DNA of 64,000 nt from a virus. This document shows positions 27,455 to 37,164 of this stretch, one piece after another. Every line of letters begins with the position of its first letter. Positions within the stretch are counted from its first letter, which is position 1. Location of the stretch: positions 61,610 to 125,609 of IMG/VR virus record IMGVR_UViG_3300023112_000009; one strand, written 5' to 3'. The position numbers were made by a program, and so were the translations under genes. Below the pieces are notes generated by a model. It searched no databases. It worked only from the letters and a program-made list of their open reading frames with translations, and was not told the origin of the DNA.

Positions 27455-27649
27455 ATGAGTAAAGCACACACATGGAATGGCGAGCCGCCCCGGCACATCG
27501 AATACGCTCGGAACCTCGCCACCCGCTTGGGGAGAGCTAACATCAGCACCCGTATCGGGATGCCGATCAAGAGGATCCCCGTCACTGAAACCATTTCGGA
27601 GAAAACCAAACGCATTCTTGCCGAGTGCGATGCAATTCTCTGCAAGTAA
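27455..27649 (+). CDS. Cassette protein family A, copy 1
   Basis: Paralog of 28638-28832 (PRHIE.A.NLATRLG..TETISEKT.R.LAECDAILCK). Confidence 0.8.
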   Translation: MSKAHTWNGEPPRHIEYARNLATRLGRANISTRIGMPIKRIPVTETISEKTKRILAECDAILCK

Positions 27650-27726
27650 ATCAGAAAAACAGTTTGCCTTTTCCACTGGGGAGGGTATACTGTAATTGTT
27701 CGAGAGAAAACAAACAAAGGAATGCA

Positions 27727-27915
27727 ATGGAATTCAAAGAATGGATGAAAGCGATGAACCGCCACATTTCCGCCAAAATCTGCTTGGATGCTGGCGACAT
27801 GCCCGATCTGTGCTTTCGGGATATGTTCGAGGATGAAATGACGCCGAAAGAAGCGGCGGAAAACTCGCTCGAAATCTGGGCAGAACAAGGGGACGTTCCC
27901 TACGATCTGATCTAA
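27727..27915 (+). CDS. Small acidic protein
   Basis: Own promoter and AAGGA RBS. Confidence 0.7.
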   Translation: MEFKEWMKAMNRHISAKICLDAGDMPDLCFRDMFEDEMTPKEAAENSLEIWAEQGDVPYDLI

Positions 27916-28119
27916 CGCACTAGGAGGCCCCGCAAGGGGCCTCGCTTGCGTTGTGCCGAGACCTAGAAAATCCCGCGTGGCTTAGCCACACGGGGTCAAG
28001 GTCCGTGCCCGTACAGGGCCGCACAGGAGGCCAAAAAAGAATTGGCTTTCTACTTGCATTTTCGAGCGGGGAGGGTATACTGTAGCAGATTCGAGGCCAC
28101 TAACCAACGGAGTAACCGA

Positions 28120-28461
28120 ATGAATCAGAACATCATCAGCACCGATCAAGCCGCCAACCTCATTCACCAGAGCAACGGGACCGTGTTCACGGTCGGGTTC
28201 TACAAAAAGGGGAAAAAGAACGGGGAGGGCAAAAACGACTTCCGCGAAATGCGTGCTCGCCTCGGCAGCACGGTTCGCAAGGGGCTTGCGGGTGGCCCGC
28301 CCGCCTACAACCCTTCCGAGCACGGGCTTATCTGGGCCTACCTTATGGCGGGGGATGAGAACCGCGAAGAGGCCCGCAACCGCCGTAGCATCCCGGTGAG
28401 CGGCATCGTGGAATTGAACATCGGTGGCGAGTCCTATCGGGTCGCCGGATCGCCCCACTAA
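28120..28461 (+). CDS. SH3/WYL-like beta-barrel protein
   Basis: FTVGFYKK..REM.ARLG..RRSIP..I..L.I.G pattern. Confidence 0.6.
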   Translation: MNQNIISTDQAANLIHQSNGTVFTVGFYKKGKKNGEGKNDFREMRARLGSTVRKGLAGGPPAYNPSEHGLIWAYLMAGDENREEARNRRSIPVSGIVELNIGGESYRVAGSPH

Positions 28462-28637
28462 AAAACACCGCAGGAGGCCCCGCAAGGGGCCTCTCTTGCG
28501 TTGTGCCGCGTCCTACAAAATCGTGCGTAGTATAGACACGCGGGCGAGCCGCCCGTGCCCGCACAGGGCAGCACAGGAGCCTGAAATAAATAAGGTTTAG
28601 CGTTTGCTTTTCTAGCTCACGAGGGTATACTGTCAAC

Positions 28638-28832
28638 ATGAAAACAAAGAACATCACGGAGTACAAGGCTCCCCGTCACATCGAATTCGCACAGAACCTC
28701 GCCACCCGTTTGGGCAAGGTGGGAATCAGCACCCGCATCGGAAGGCCGGTCAAGGTGGTGATCGTGACCGAAACCATTTCGGAGAAAACCCGCCGCGTGC
28801 TCGCTGAGTGCGATGCAATTCTCTGCAAGTAA
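28638..28832 (+). CDS. Cassette protein family A, copy 2
   Basis: Paralog of 27455-27649. Confidence 0.8.
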   Translation: MKTKNITEYKAPRHIEFAQNLATRLGKVGISTRIGRPVKVVIVTETISEKTRRVLAECDAILCK

Positions 28833-28912
28833 AATCCAGAAAACAGTTGCCCTTCCCGCTGGGGAGGGTATACTGTAACGGTTCGAGAGACAGCAAACCA
28901 ACGGAGACAACG

Positions 28913-29164
28913 ATGGAACACGACGACGGCCCGGAAGAGTTGTGGGATGATGCGGAAGAGTTCGAGCGTGACGAGCTTGCACGGTTCTTAGCGGCCTATC
29001 CCGATGGCTGGACATGTCAGGATTGCTCCTGCGAATACCTGCCGGGAGAATGCCATCCCGTCATGCCAGCCGAAGACCTAGACGGTTGGGTTGCTGGTGA
29101 CGGCACGGTTTGTCCGCTGGGCCACGGATGCAAAGAGGACGAGGCCGAGGATCTGCCCTTCTGA
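28913..29164 (+). CDS. Acidic Cys-containing protein ending EDEAEDLPF
   Basis: Promoter and GGAG RBS. Confidence 0.7.
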   Translation: MEHDDGPEELWDDAEEFERDELARFLAAYPDGWTCQDCSCEYLPGECHPVMPAEDLDGWVAGDGTVCPLGHGCKEDEAEDLPF

Positions 29165-29801
29165 TGGACGAGATAGAATTCTGCAAGAGGCAGGCGAAAG
29201 CCTGTCTCTTGTTTCTAGTGCTCTTGCCCGTGGGCGTTGTTGTCGCCGTGCTTTGGGTTTACGGTTTTTAGCCACAGGAGGCCCCGCAAGGGGCCTCGCT
29301 TGCGTTGTGCCGCGTCCTACAAAATCGTGCGTAGTATAGACACGCGGACAAGGGGCCGGTGGCCGTACACGCCAGCACAGGAGGCCAAAAGAAAAACCAT
29401 TTGCTATTTGCTTTTTCAAGGGGTTGTGGTATACTGTGGCATGGATGAACGACAAGAGCTTGAAGACGAATACAACGCCCGCTATGGCGATCCTCGCCAC
29501 TGCCCGCATCACCCGATGGTGCAGACCTCTTCGGGTTGCGGCAACTTCGATGCCCCTTGTGGGCTTTGCGAGTCCGAGATGGACGAGTACGATACGGTGG
29601 ATCCCGATTGGGTTCCCGAGCCGTGGGTTGCTCCCGAAGAGGACGAGGCCGAGGATCTGCCCTTCTGATGGACGAGATAGAATTCTGCAAGAGGCAGGCG
29701 AAAGCCTGTCTCTTGTTTCTAGTGCTCTTGCCCGTGGGCGTTGTTGTCGCCGTGCTTTGGGTTTACGGTTTTTAGCCACAGGAGGCCCCGCAAGGGGCCT
29801 C
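29133..29801 (+). repeat. Exact 165-bp direct duplication (29133-29297 = 29637-29801) containing a 35-aa TM peptide ORF
   Basis: Identical text at a 504-bp offset; ORFs 29164-29271 and 29668-29775. Confidence 0.92.
29441..29668 (+). CDS. Acidic Cys/His protein ending EDEAEDLPF
   Basis: Leaderless start; CPHH..CGLC. Confidence 0.7.
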   Translation: MDERQELEDEYNARYGDPRHCPHHPMVQTSSGCGNFDAPCGLCESEMDEYDTVDPDWVPEPWVAPEEDEAEDLPF

Positions 29802-29944
29802 TCTTCCGTTCTCCCGCGTTCTACAAAATCGTGCGTAGTATAGACACGCGGGCGGGCGGGCCGTGCCCGTAGCGGGCCGCACAGGAGGTCAAAAAGATTT
29901 GGTTTTCCATTTGCTTTTCTAGCTTCCTAGGGTATAATGTAAAC

Positions 29945-30073
29945 ATGAACAACAAGGAAGACAAGCGGATCGGCAAGAAGGCACTGGGCCACACTCCCCA
30001 CTGCAAGTGGGGCCGCAAGAAAGCCAACAAGAAAAGCCGCAGTGTTGCGAAAAAGGAGTTGCACAATGTATAA
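29945..30073 (+). CDS. 42-aa basic peptide
   Basis: ATG 6 nt after TATAAT. Confidence 0.55.
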   Translation: MNNKEDKRIGKKALGHTPHCKWGRKKANKKSRSVAKKELHNV

Positions 30074-30293
30074 CGACGATTGGATGGATCCCGAGCCCGA
30101 GGAAGAGGTTGAGCCCATCAACCCCGAAGGGGACAAGGGACCGAACTACCTCCCCGACCCCGACCTTGACGGTCCCTACAAGGGTCCACCCGTGGGCACC
30201 TATGCCTACACCGCTTGGCTGATGGCTCAATCGGGCATGGATCCTGACGAGGCCGACGCCTGGAAGGACGAGATGAAAGAGCGAGATTTTTAG
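30066..30293 (+). CDS. Acidic protein with PEGD.GPNYLPDPDLD motif
   Basis: Motif shared with 34855-35100. Confidence 0.7.
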   Translation: MYNDDWMDPEPEEEVEPINPEGDKGPNYLPDPDLDGPYKGPPVGTYAYTAWLMAQSGMDPDEADAWKDEMKERDF

Positions 30294-30503
30294 TCAACAG
30301 GAGGCCCCGCAAGGGGCCTCTTCTGCTTTGTGTCGCATCCTACAAAATCGCAGGTAGCTTAGCCACGCACGATTGAGGCCACGCCCGCACGCGGCAGCAC
30401 AGGCAGCCACAGGGCAAACAAAAGAAATCACAAATACCATTTGCTTTTTCCAGCGGTTGTGGTATACTCTCGGTGGATTCAACAACAGCAACGGAGACAA
30501 GAC

Positions 30504-30683
30504 ATGCAAATCACCATCACCACGATTGACGACTCGGACGACGACTGCCGCAGGACCACCTACGAGACCCGCGTGGACGGCAAGCTCTACACGCTCGCCG
30601 CGTGCTCCCTTCGAGGGGAAGGCGTTGAGGAACGTGCTCGCGAGTTGTTCGGTGACGACGTGGAAATCGTTTGGGAATTCTAA
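30504..30683 (+). CDS. Cassette protein family B (DCRR motif), copy 1
   Basis: Paralog of 32018 and 39087. Confidence 0.78.
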   Translation: MQITITTIDDSDDDCRRTTYETRVDGKLYTLAACSLRGEGVEERARELFGDDVEIVWEF

Positions 30684-30757
30684 AGAAAGGACTTGCATCT
30701 GCCCGATACAGTGGTATACTGTTAGTGAGTCAAGGAAACAACACAACGGAGACAACA

Positions 30758-30973
30758 ATGAACGAGCAAAACGAAATCGGCGGCGACCTTCAAGACGAGT
30801 ACACCGCCATTCAAGAGGCCGAGCTTCTCGAAGAGAGTCCGATCATGGACCTCACCGATCAAGACTTGGAGGGCTGGTATCAGGAATGGCTCTCCGAGCA
30901 GGACGATCCCGCGAGCATCGACCCGGACTTTTACGATCCCCGCGTGGACTTCGGCCCCGATCCCCGCGACTAG
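30758..30973 (+). CDS. Highly acidic protein (MNEQNEI start)
   Basis: N-terminus shared with 35591-35764. Confidence 0.7.
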   Translation: MNEQNEIGGDLQDEYTAIQEAELLEESPIMDLTDQDLEGWYQEWLSEQDDPASIDPDFYDPRVDFGPDPRD

Positions 30974-31184
30974 CACACTTGTTGCTTCTCTCCTATGCTC
31001 CCTGGCGATTTAGGTCGTCAGGGGGCCTTTCCATGTGCCTAGGAGGCCGCAGGACGAGGGCTGCAAAAATCAAGGTAGCTTAGCCACGCAGGGTGAAGGC
31101 CCGTGCCCGTACAGGGCAGCACAGGAGCCCAAAAGAAATCACAAATGGAATTTGCTTTCTAGCCAATTGGGAGTATTATTGGGC

Positions 31185-31661
31185 ATGAGAAACAAGCAAC
31201 AGATTCAGGGCCAAGCGAGGGCCATCCTGAACAAACTCGCCCCGCAGTACCCCGTGCTGGCAAACCTGCCGATTCGCATTTCGACCCGTATGACACGGGC
31301 CGCTGGTCAGGCTTCCTGGCGAGGTGGTATCCCTGTCGAGATCACCCTTTCGCTCCCTTTTTTCGCAGATGAGGCGAACGACCTACATCGTACCGTAACG
31401 CATGAGGCGGCTCATATCGTCGCTGGCCACGCTGCTGGTCATGGCCCCACGTGGAAGGCTGTACACCGTAGCATGGGCGGCAAAGGCGACCGCTGCCACA
31501 CTATGAGCCTTGCGGAAGGTTTCAAGCATACTCCCCGCAAGCGTGCCCCGCGTGTCGAGGTGACTTGCCCCAAGTGTAGCCAACCGATGCTGCTGGGGCC
31601 TACGCAAGCCAAGAAGGCACAACGGGGCTATCGCTACACGCACGCACGCTGCCCGAGATAG
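31185..31661 (+). CDS. SprT-like zinc metalloprotease
   Basis: RMTRAAG, TVTHEAAH, GHGPTWK, RCH, CPKC. Confidence 0.88.
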   Translation: MRNKQQIQGQARAILNKLAPQYPVLANLPIRISTRMTRAAGQASWRGGIPVEITLSLPFFADEANDLHRTVTHEAAHIVAGHAAGHGPTWKAVHRSMGGKGDRCHTMSLAEGFKHTPRKRAPRVEVTCPKCSQPMLLGPTQAKKAQRGYRYTHARCPR

Positions 31662-31720
31662 GGTAAAGAAAAATCCCTTCTCCCGCTTGACTTCAAGCGG
31701 GGGGAGGGTATACTGCAAGC

Positions 31721-31930
31721 ATGAAAGAACAAACAACATTCGTCCTTCGCAACACGGGCACCTCGCGATTCGTCAAGACGAGCCCCCACGAGTTCCTTGA
31801 CGAGAACTTTGTCGAGGGGTGGGATAACCTCGCGGCTCGTGGTGCTCTGACCTTCGGGACGCACGAGGCGGCTCTGATCGCCAAGGATGCTGACCCCGAT
31901 GGCTGCTCTCTCGCTGTCGAGGAAATCTGA
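31721..31930 (+). CDS. Hypothetical protein
   Basis: Leaderless start after TTGACT..TATACT. Confidence 0.7.
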   Translation: MKEQTTFVLRNTGTSRFVKTSPHEFLDENFVEGWDNLAARGALTFGTHEAALIAKDADPDGCSLAVEEI

Positions 31931-32017
31931 TAAACAAAACCCTTTTCCCGCTTGACATTCGGCGGGGATGGGGTATACTGTCAGCGTTCAAGGAAACAAC
32001 AGCCAAGGAAACAAGCC

Positions 32018-32224
32018 ATGAAACTTCAAATCGAATACAACGACGCCTGCCGCAGGACCACCTACGAGTCTGACGACGACTGCCGCCGCGTGGACTACTG
32101 CGTGACCGTGGACGGCAAGGAATACTGCCTTTCCGGTTCTGCTCTCGGCAACGAGCACAACGACCGCGAAGCCACCGAGCGTGCTCGCGAGTTGTTCGGC
32201 CCCGACGTTGAGCTGATCTTCTAA
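32018..32224 (+). CDS. Cassette protein family B, copy 2
   Basis: DDDCRR..VDGKEY..ERARELFG. Confidence 0.78.
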   Translation: MKLQIEYNDACRRTTYESDDDCRRVDYCVTVDGKEYCLSGSALGNEHNDREATERARELFGPDVELIF

Positions 32225-32697
32225 GAGGCTGCCAGAATGGCGGGGGCCACGGCCCCCGCTGAGCCCCCTGCCTGCCCCCACACGGGGAGCGGCCCCGACC
32301 CCCTGTGGCTTAGCCACGCGGGCACGGCACTCGTGCCGGTAGAGCGTATCCCAGGCCCCTTGTGATGCCTGCTATGCGTTACGCTTTTTCGGTTTCTCGC
32401 TTGACTTCTGCCAATCGCATGGTATACTGTGGCATGAAGTTGAGCAAAGAAGATATGGAGTTCGCCCACGACACTATCCACGGTGCCCGCGAATACGCCG
32501 AATCCGCCTAACATGTACTCACTGACCTACAACGGAGAGCAACTGGCCGAGTGGACTATCCCACGCGGTTGGCTGCCCTCCTTTGGTACGCTGCTGGCCG
32601 TGAAATATCACGGTAGGCTGACGCTATTTCGTGCGATGGGAATTCAAGAAAGGGAAATTCTGCTTGACATCTACCAATCGTAGGGTATACTGTGGGC

Positions 32698-32895
32698 ATG
32701 AAGCAACAAGAAACAACCGAGTTCGCACAAGCCGTCGCCGGGAACTGTGACCGTTGGGTGCCCGCCTGTGGTGGCCACGAGCAACCGTTCACCCACAACG
32801 GCACTCGCTATCTGTACTGCTTCAACCCAAACAAGCACGAGCACGGGTATATCAATCTGGACACCGATATTCTGGAGACCACGCTGCCCTTCTGA
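32698..32895 (+). CDS. Cassette protein family C, copy 1
   Basis: Near-identical to 35142-35348 (WVPACGGHEQP..RYLYCFNP..HEH.Y.NLDTD). Confidence 0.8.
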   Translation: MKQQETTEFAQAVAGNCDRWVPACGGHEQPFTHNGTRYLYCFNPNKHEHGYINLDTDILETTLPF

Positions 32896-33074
32896 ATCCG
32901 AGACCACGAGGAGGCCCCGAAAGGGGTCTCTCGTGCGTTGTGCCGCGTCCTACAAAATCGCACGTAGTATAGACACGTTGGCTTGCGGTTCGTGGCCACC
33001 ACGGGCTGCACAGGAGGCCAAAAAGAATTACCATTTACAATTTGCTTTTTCCAGCGTGGAGGGTATACTCTAGC

Positions 33075-33221
33075 ATGGTTGAAGAAAACAAAGCACTGAC
33101 GAAGGCGGGCTGGGTTCTGGTTCGCATCACTGACGCCCAAGGCTTGGTTGTCTTTTGTGAGACGGTCAGGGACGAGGACGCCGAAAGCATCATCGCCAAG
33201 TTCCGCAACACAATTCGCTAA
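33075..33221 (+). CDS. Cassette protein family D, copy 1 (48 aa)
   Basis: G.V...TD..G.VV..ETV...DAE shared with 34702-34845. Confidence 0.68.
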   Translation: MVEENKALTKAGWVLVRITDAQGLVVFCETVRDEDAESIIAKFRNTIR

Positions 33222-33261
33222 AACAACTGGACACGCCCCCGAAAGGGGGCTATACTCTGAC

Positions 33262-33444
33262 ATGCACATTCACGACCCCGACTGGACAGGCCCTATCTGT
33301 CGCAACTGTACCGCCCCCGTCAAGAGCCTGCACATGATGGCACAGCATCAAGAGGCTTGGAACAAAGCGAAAGCGAAAGATTCCGAAGCAAAGGAACCGC
33401 CGCACTTCTGCTCAAACCAGTGCGTCTACGACAAGTACATGTAA
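33262..33444 (+). CDS. Small zinc-finger protein
   Basis: CRNC..FCSNQC. Confidence 0.65.
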   Translation: MHIHDPDWTGPICRNCTAPVKSLHMMAQHQEAWNKAKAKDSEAKEPPHFCSNQCVYDKYM

Positions 33445-33679
33445 AACAAGGCCCCTAGCTCTGCTGGATCACAACAAGAGAACCGGCTCTCTCTGTTCAC
33501 TGATCGAAGCCGCTAGGGGCCTTTTCTACCCACCTGAGAGCCCGCGTGCCGAGCCCTACAAAATCGCAGGTAGCTTAGCCACGTTGGCTTGCAGCCGGTG
33601 GCCGCACACGCCCGCACAGGAGGCCAAAAGAAATCACAAATGGTATTTGCTTTTTCGAGCGTGGAGGGTATACTCTGAC

Positions 33680-33874
33680 ATGCAAGAACAAACAAACCCC
33701 TTTGAAAAGGGAACTGACAAACACGCCCAATGGGAAGAGTTGGATTGTCACGAGTGCCGAGCCGCACTGAGTGATTCGATGTATCCCCGCCATAGTGGCA
33801 GCCGCAACTGCAATAGTGGCAGTATCGCCTCTGGCGGCAACAGATCGCACTGCACTTGCGACACTTGTTTCTAA
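33680..33874 (+). CDS. Small Cys/His-rich protein
   Basis: CHEC..P.H..S.NC.SG..HCTCDTCF. Confidence 0.7.
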   Translation: MQEQTNPFEKGTDKHAQWEELDCHECRAALSDSMYPRHSGSRNCNSGSIASGGNRSHCTCDTCF

Positions 33875-34217
33875 ACACCGCAGGAGGCCCCGCAAGGGGC
33901 CTCTTTTGCGTTGTGCCGAGAGCTACAAAATCGCAGGTAGTATAGACACGTTGGCAAGAGGTCGGTGGCCACCACGGGCCGCACAGGAGCTTTCTCTTTT
34001 TCTTATTTCAAGCTTGCATTCTTGTCAATTGAGGGTATACTCTGGCATGGATACAACAAAAGAAAATCTCAAGGTCGGCCTCGGAATCCTCCTGCCCTTC
34101 TACGTGATCGCGGCGGCCTACTGCTTCGAATTGTTTATGCGATATTTCGCTTGACATTTCGAGCGGAGAGGGTATACTCTCACTGTTCAAGAGCAACCGA
34201 AACCAACAGAAAGCAAC

Positions 34218-34484
34218 ATGGAACAAGTAAACGCAAGCGGGACCGGACTTCGAGGATACGTGGACGTGAGCTACAATCGACTCGTGGAAGTGTTCGGGGA
34301 GCCGCACTACCGCATGGGCGACAAGACCACCGTGGAGTGGTCCTTCGAGCACGAGGGTACGCGATTCACCCTGTACGACTACAAGTGGCAATCGGCACAG
34401 TCGGACCTCGTGGAACCCTTCCACGTTGGCGGCAATAGCCCGGAAGCGGTCAACGTGGTGCGAGCCCTGCTACTCGATTCCTGA
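34218..34484 (+). CDS. Phage hypothetical protein
   Basis: L.GY..VSY..LV.VFGEP..DKT..EW..FT.YDYK pattern. Confidence 0.75.
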   Translation: MEQVNASGTGLRGYVDVSYNRLVEVFGEPHYRMGDKTTVEWSFEHEGTRFTLYDYKWQSAQSDLVEPFHVGGNSPEAVNVVRALLLDS

Positions 34485-34701
34485 GACTGCCAGAATGGCG
34501 GGGGCTACGGCCCCCGCTAGGCCGTCTCTCTGCTCGTGTGCTGGCCCCGAGCCGATGCCCGCGTGGCTAAGCTACGCGGGGTGGGCGGTGGTCGCGGCAC
34601 GCGGCCTCCTGGGTGCCTTGTGGGGCCTGCTATGGCTTATCTTTTTTCGAGCTTTCTCCCTTTTCCATTTGCATTATCCGCTGGACGTGGTATAGTCTAG
34701 C

Positions 34702-34845
34702 ATGTTCGAGATCAAAGAAGCCCGCAACGGATACGTCGTCCTGACCGTCACCGACAGCCGTGGCACCGTGGTCCTGCACGAGACCGTCAAAGAGTACGAC
34801 GCGGAAGAGATCGCGGAGAAGTGCCTCCGCGTTATCCGCCCCTAG
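34702..34845 (+). CDS. Cassette protein family D, copy 2
   Basis: Paralog of 33075-33221. Confidence 0.68.
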   Translation: MFEIKEARNGYVVLTVTDSRGTVVLHETVKEYDAEEIAEKCLRVIRP

Positions 34846-34854
34846 GAGCATCCA

Positions 34855-35100
34855 ATGAGCAAGTTCACCGACCCGATCCGCAACCTTCGCCGCTGCCGCT
34901 TCTGCGGCCTGGATACCATCGAGGCGGCCTGCATCGAGGCCCACGAGGAGGGCTGCATCGACAACCCCGACAATGAGTGCGAGGTCGAGTACATCGACCC
35001 CGAGGGGGACCGTGGCCCGAACTACCTGCCCGACCCGGACCTTGACGACCTCCCTTCGGATGCGTTCGAGGACTGGCGAGACGATTGCGACTTTTCCTGA
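34855..35100 (+). CDS. Zinc-finger plus acidic PNYLPDPDLD protein
   Basis: CRFC..HEEGC; GGAG RBS. Confidence 0.7.
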   Translation: MSKFTDPIRNLRRCRFCGLDTIEAACIEAHEEGCIDNPDNECEVEYIDPEGDRGPNYLPDPDLDDLPSDAFEDWRDDCDFS

Positions 35101-35141
35101 TTTTCCGTTTGCTTTTCTCGCCCACCGTGGTATAGTAGAGC

Positions 35142-35348
35142 ATGAAGCAACAGGAACAAACAAACGAATTCGCTCAAGCCGTCGCCGGGAACTGTGACCG
35201 CTGGGTGCCTGCCTGCGGCGGCCACGAGCAACCTCTCACCTTCGCGGGCACGCGGTACCTGTACTGCTTCAACCCGAACAAGCACGAGCACGCCTATCTC
35301 AACCTCGACACCGACCTGATCGAGCCCTTCCCGCCCTTCTTGAGCTAA
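35142..35348 (+). CDS. Cassette protein family C, copy 2
   Basis: Paralog of 32698-32895. Confidence 0.8.
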   Translation: MKQQEQTNEFAQAVAGNCDRWVPACGGHEQPLTFAGTRYLYCFNPNKHEHAYLNLDTDLIEPFPPFLS

Positions 35349-35590
35349 ACACGAGGAAAAGAAAAATGCGAGACCCTCCAAAACGAGGCTATACGCGGCC
35401 TAGCCCACCGCACGATTTTTTGGCACTGGAGGCTCCACAAGGGGCCTCGTTTGCGTTGTGCCGAGACCGGCAAAAATCAAGGTAGCTTAGCCACGCGGGA
35501 AAAACGTAACGCCCGCACGGGGCCGCACAGGAGGTCAAAAAGATTTGGTTTTCCATTTGCTTTTTCCAGCGGATAGGGTATAATACAAAC

Positions 35591-35764
35591 ATGAACGAGC
35601 AAAACGAAATCAACGGCGACCTCCGCGACGAGTACCTCCAGATTCAAGAGGACGAAGCGTTTGAGGTCCACTGTGCCGAGTGTGGGGACAGTATCGGCTT
35701 CACAAGCTGCGAGATCACGGCTACCAGCATGACCCTTTGCTGGCCCTGCCACGATCAGGACTAA
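35591..35764 (+). CDS. Small acidic zinc-finger protein (MNEQNEI start)
   Basis: CAEC..CWPC. Confidence 0.65.
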   Translation: MNEQNEINGDLRDEYLQIQEDEAFEVHCAECGDSIGFTSCEITATSMTLCWPCHDQD

Positions 35765-35881
35765 GCCCGGTGGGGGCATGACCCCCATCGGGTGCCGACC
35801 CTGCCACCGAGGGGCATGATCCCCTCGGTGGTAATCGGCTTTTCTGTTTGACTTTTCCAGCACTGAGGGGTATAATACAGC

Positions 35882-36061
35882 ATGAAAGCAACAAACATCG
35901 AACTGGAAGGAATCGACACCGGAGACTACCCGGATTTCTGTGATGCGTTCATCGCCTACGCCGAGCACGAGGACGGTACGCCGTTCACTGAGGCAGAGCT
36001 TGAGATTCTGAACATGGACACCGACCTCATTCACAATCTGGTTTTCGAGGAGATGCAATAA
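35882..36061 (+). CDS. Small acidic phage protein (DYPDFCDAFI motif)
   Basis: Leaderless start after TTGACT..TATAAT. Confidence 0.72.
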   Translation: MKATNIELEGIDTGDYPDFCDAFIAYAEHEDGTPFTEAELEILNMDTDLIHNLVFEEMQ

Positions 36062-36232
36062 TCGCCTCACGAGGCCCCGCAAGGGGCCTCCCTTGCGTTC
36101 TCCCGAGTCCTACAAAAACGCAGGTAGCTTAGCCACGCGGGCGGGCGGGCCGTGGCCGTAGCGGGCCGCACAGGAGGTCAAAAAGATTTGGTTTTCCATT
36201 TGCATTTCTAGCATAGCGTGGTATACTGGGGC

Positions 36233-36364
36233 ATGAAGAAAGCAACCGAGTACGAAGTGAACGAACTCCTCACCATCGGCCCTATCGTTATCACCGAGTG
36301 TGGCGAGGAAAACATGTACTTCACGCTAGCCGATGGATCCACCGGATTCTGCAAAGCGTTCTAA
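36233..36364 (+). CDS. 43-aa protein
   Basis: Sole ORF between two repeat elements, with its own promoter. Confidence 0.6.
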   Translation: MKKATEYEVNELLTIGPIVITECGEENMYFTLADGSTGFCKAF

Positions 36365-36558
36365 GTCGCACACGAGGCCCCGCAAGGGGCCTCTCTTGCG
36401 TTGTGCCGAGAGCGGCAAAAATCAAGGTAGCTTAGCCACGCGGGAAAAACGTAATGCCCACACGAGGCAGCACAGGAGGCCAAAAAGATTTGGTTTTCTA
36501 CTTGCTTTTCTAGCACAATCGGGTATACTCTCAATGTCTCAAACAACGGAGAAAAGAC

Positions 36559-36813
36559 ATGGAACGCAAAGTAATCAAAACAGACGGCACCACCACCAGC
36601 ACTTGGGTTGGCGACGGGTTCGAGTCCTGGAACGAGGCCATTGGTGCCCGTGTGGGAACCATCGTGGTGAGCCCCGACCGCACGGTCGAGCTTTGGTGCG
36701 ACGACGAGGGCCTGATGGTGGCAGAGCCGCAGCTCAACCTTGCCGCGTCCATGCTGGTAGGCCAGCAGATCGTGGGCGACGTTATCTACTTCATGCCGGG
36801 AGATATCAAATAA
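36559..36813 (+). CDS. DUF3846-like protein
   Basis: LWCDDEGL..LNLAAS..IVGDVI. Confidence 0.75.
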   Translation: MERKVIKTDGTTTSTWVGDGFESWNEAIGARVGTIVVSPDRTVELWCDDEGLMVAEPQLNLAASMLVGQQIVGDVIYFMPGDIK

Positions 36814-37164
36814 AGCCACGAGGAGGCCCCGCAAGGGGTCTCCTTTGCTCTGTGCCGAGACCTACAAAATCGCAGGTAGCTTAGCCACGCTGATTTCCCG
36901 CCATGCCCGCACGCGGCAGCACAGACAGCCACAAGCCAATTTCTCTTTTTCAAGCTTTCTCCTTGTGTTTTCTCTGTTGGGCGGTATACTGAAACATGAA
37001 GAAACTACTTGTTGCAGCCGCTTGGACATACGTCGCTCTCTACGCTTTCGAGCTTTACATGAGGTATTCTTCGTGAAAGTTTTTCGAGGAATCATGTGGG
37101 CAATTGCCATAGAACTTTCCGTAGTTTGCATTTGCTTTATTGCGGTGACGTGCTATAATAGAGC

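Noticed and set aside
29133-29801. Diversity-generating retroelement template/variable repeat pair
   Set aside because: The copies are identical with no adenine-specific differences, and no reverse transcriptase is seen.
26079-36884. Many minus-strand and cross-repeat ORFs in the ORF track (e.g. 26593-27303, 29078-29779, 30373-31083, 35477-36082)
   Set aside because: These are shadow ORFs in GC-rich DNA that run through repeat elements or antisense to promoter-supported genes.
26570-36930. Classical integron attC sites
   Set aside because: No consistent RYYYAAC/GTTRRRY ends, cassettes carry their own promoters, and no intI is visible; only a functional analogy is kept.
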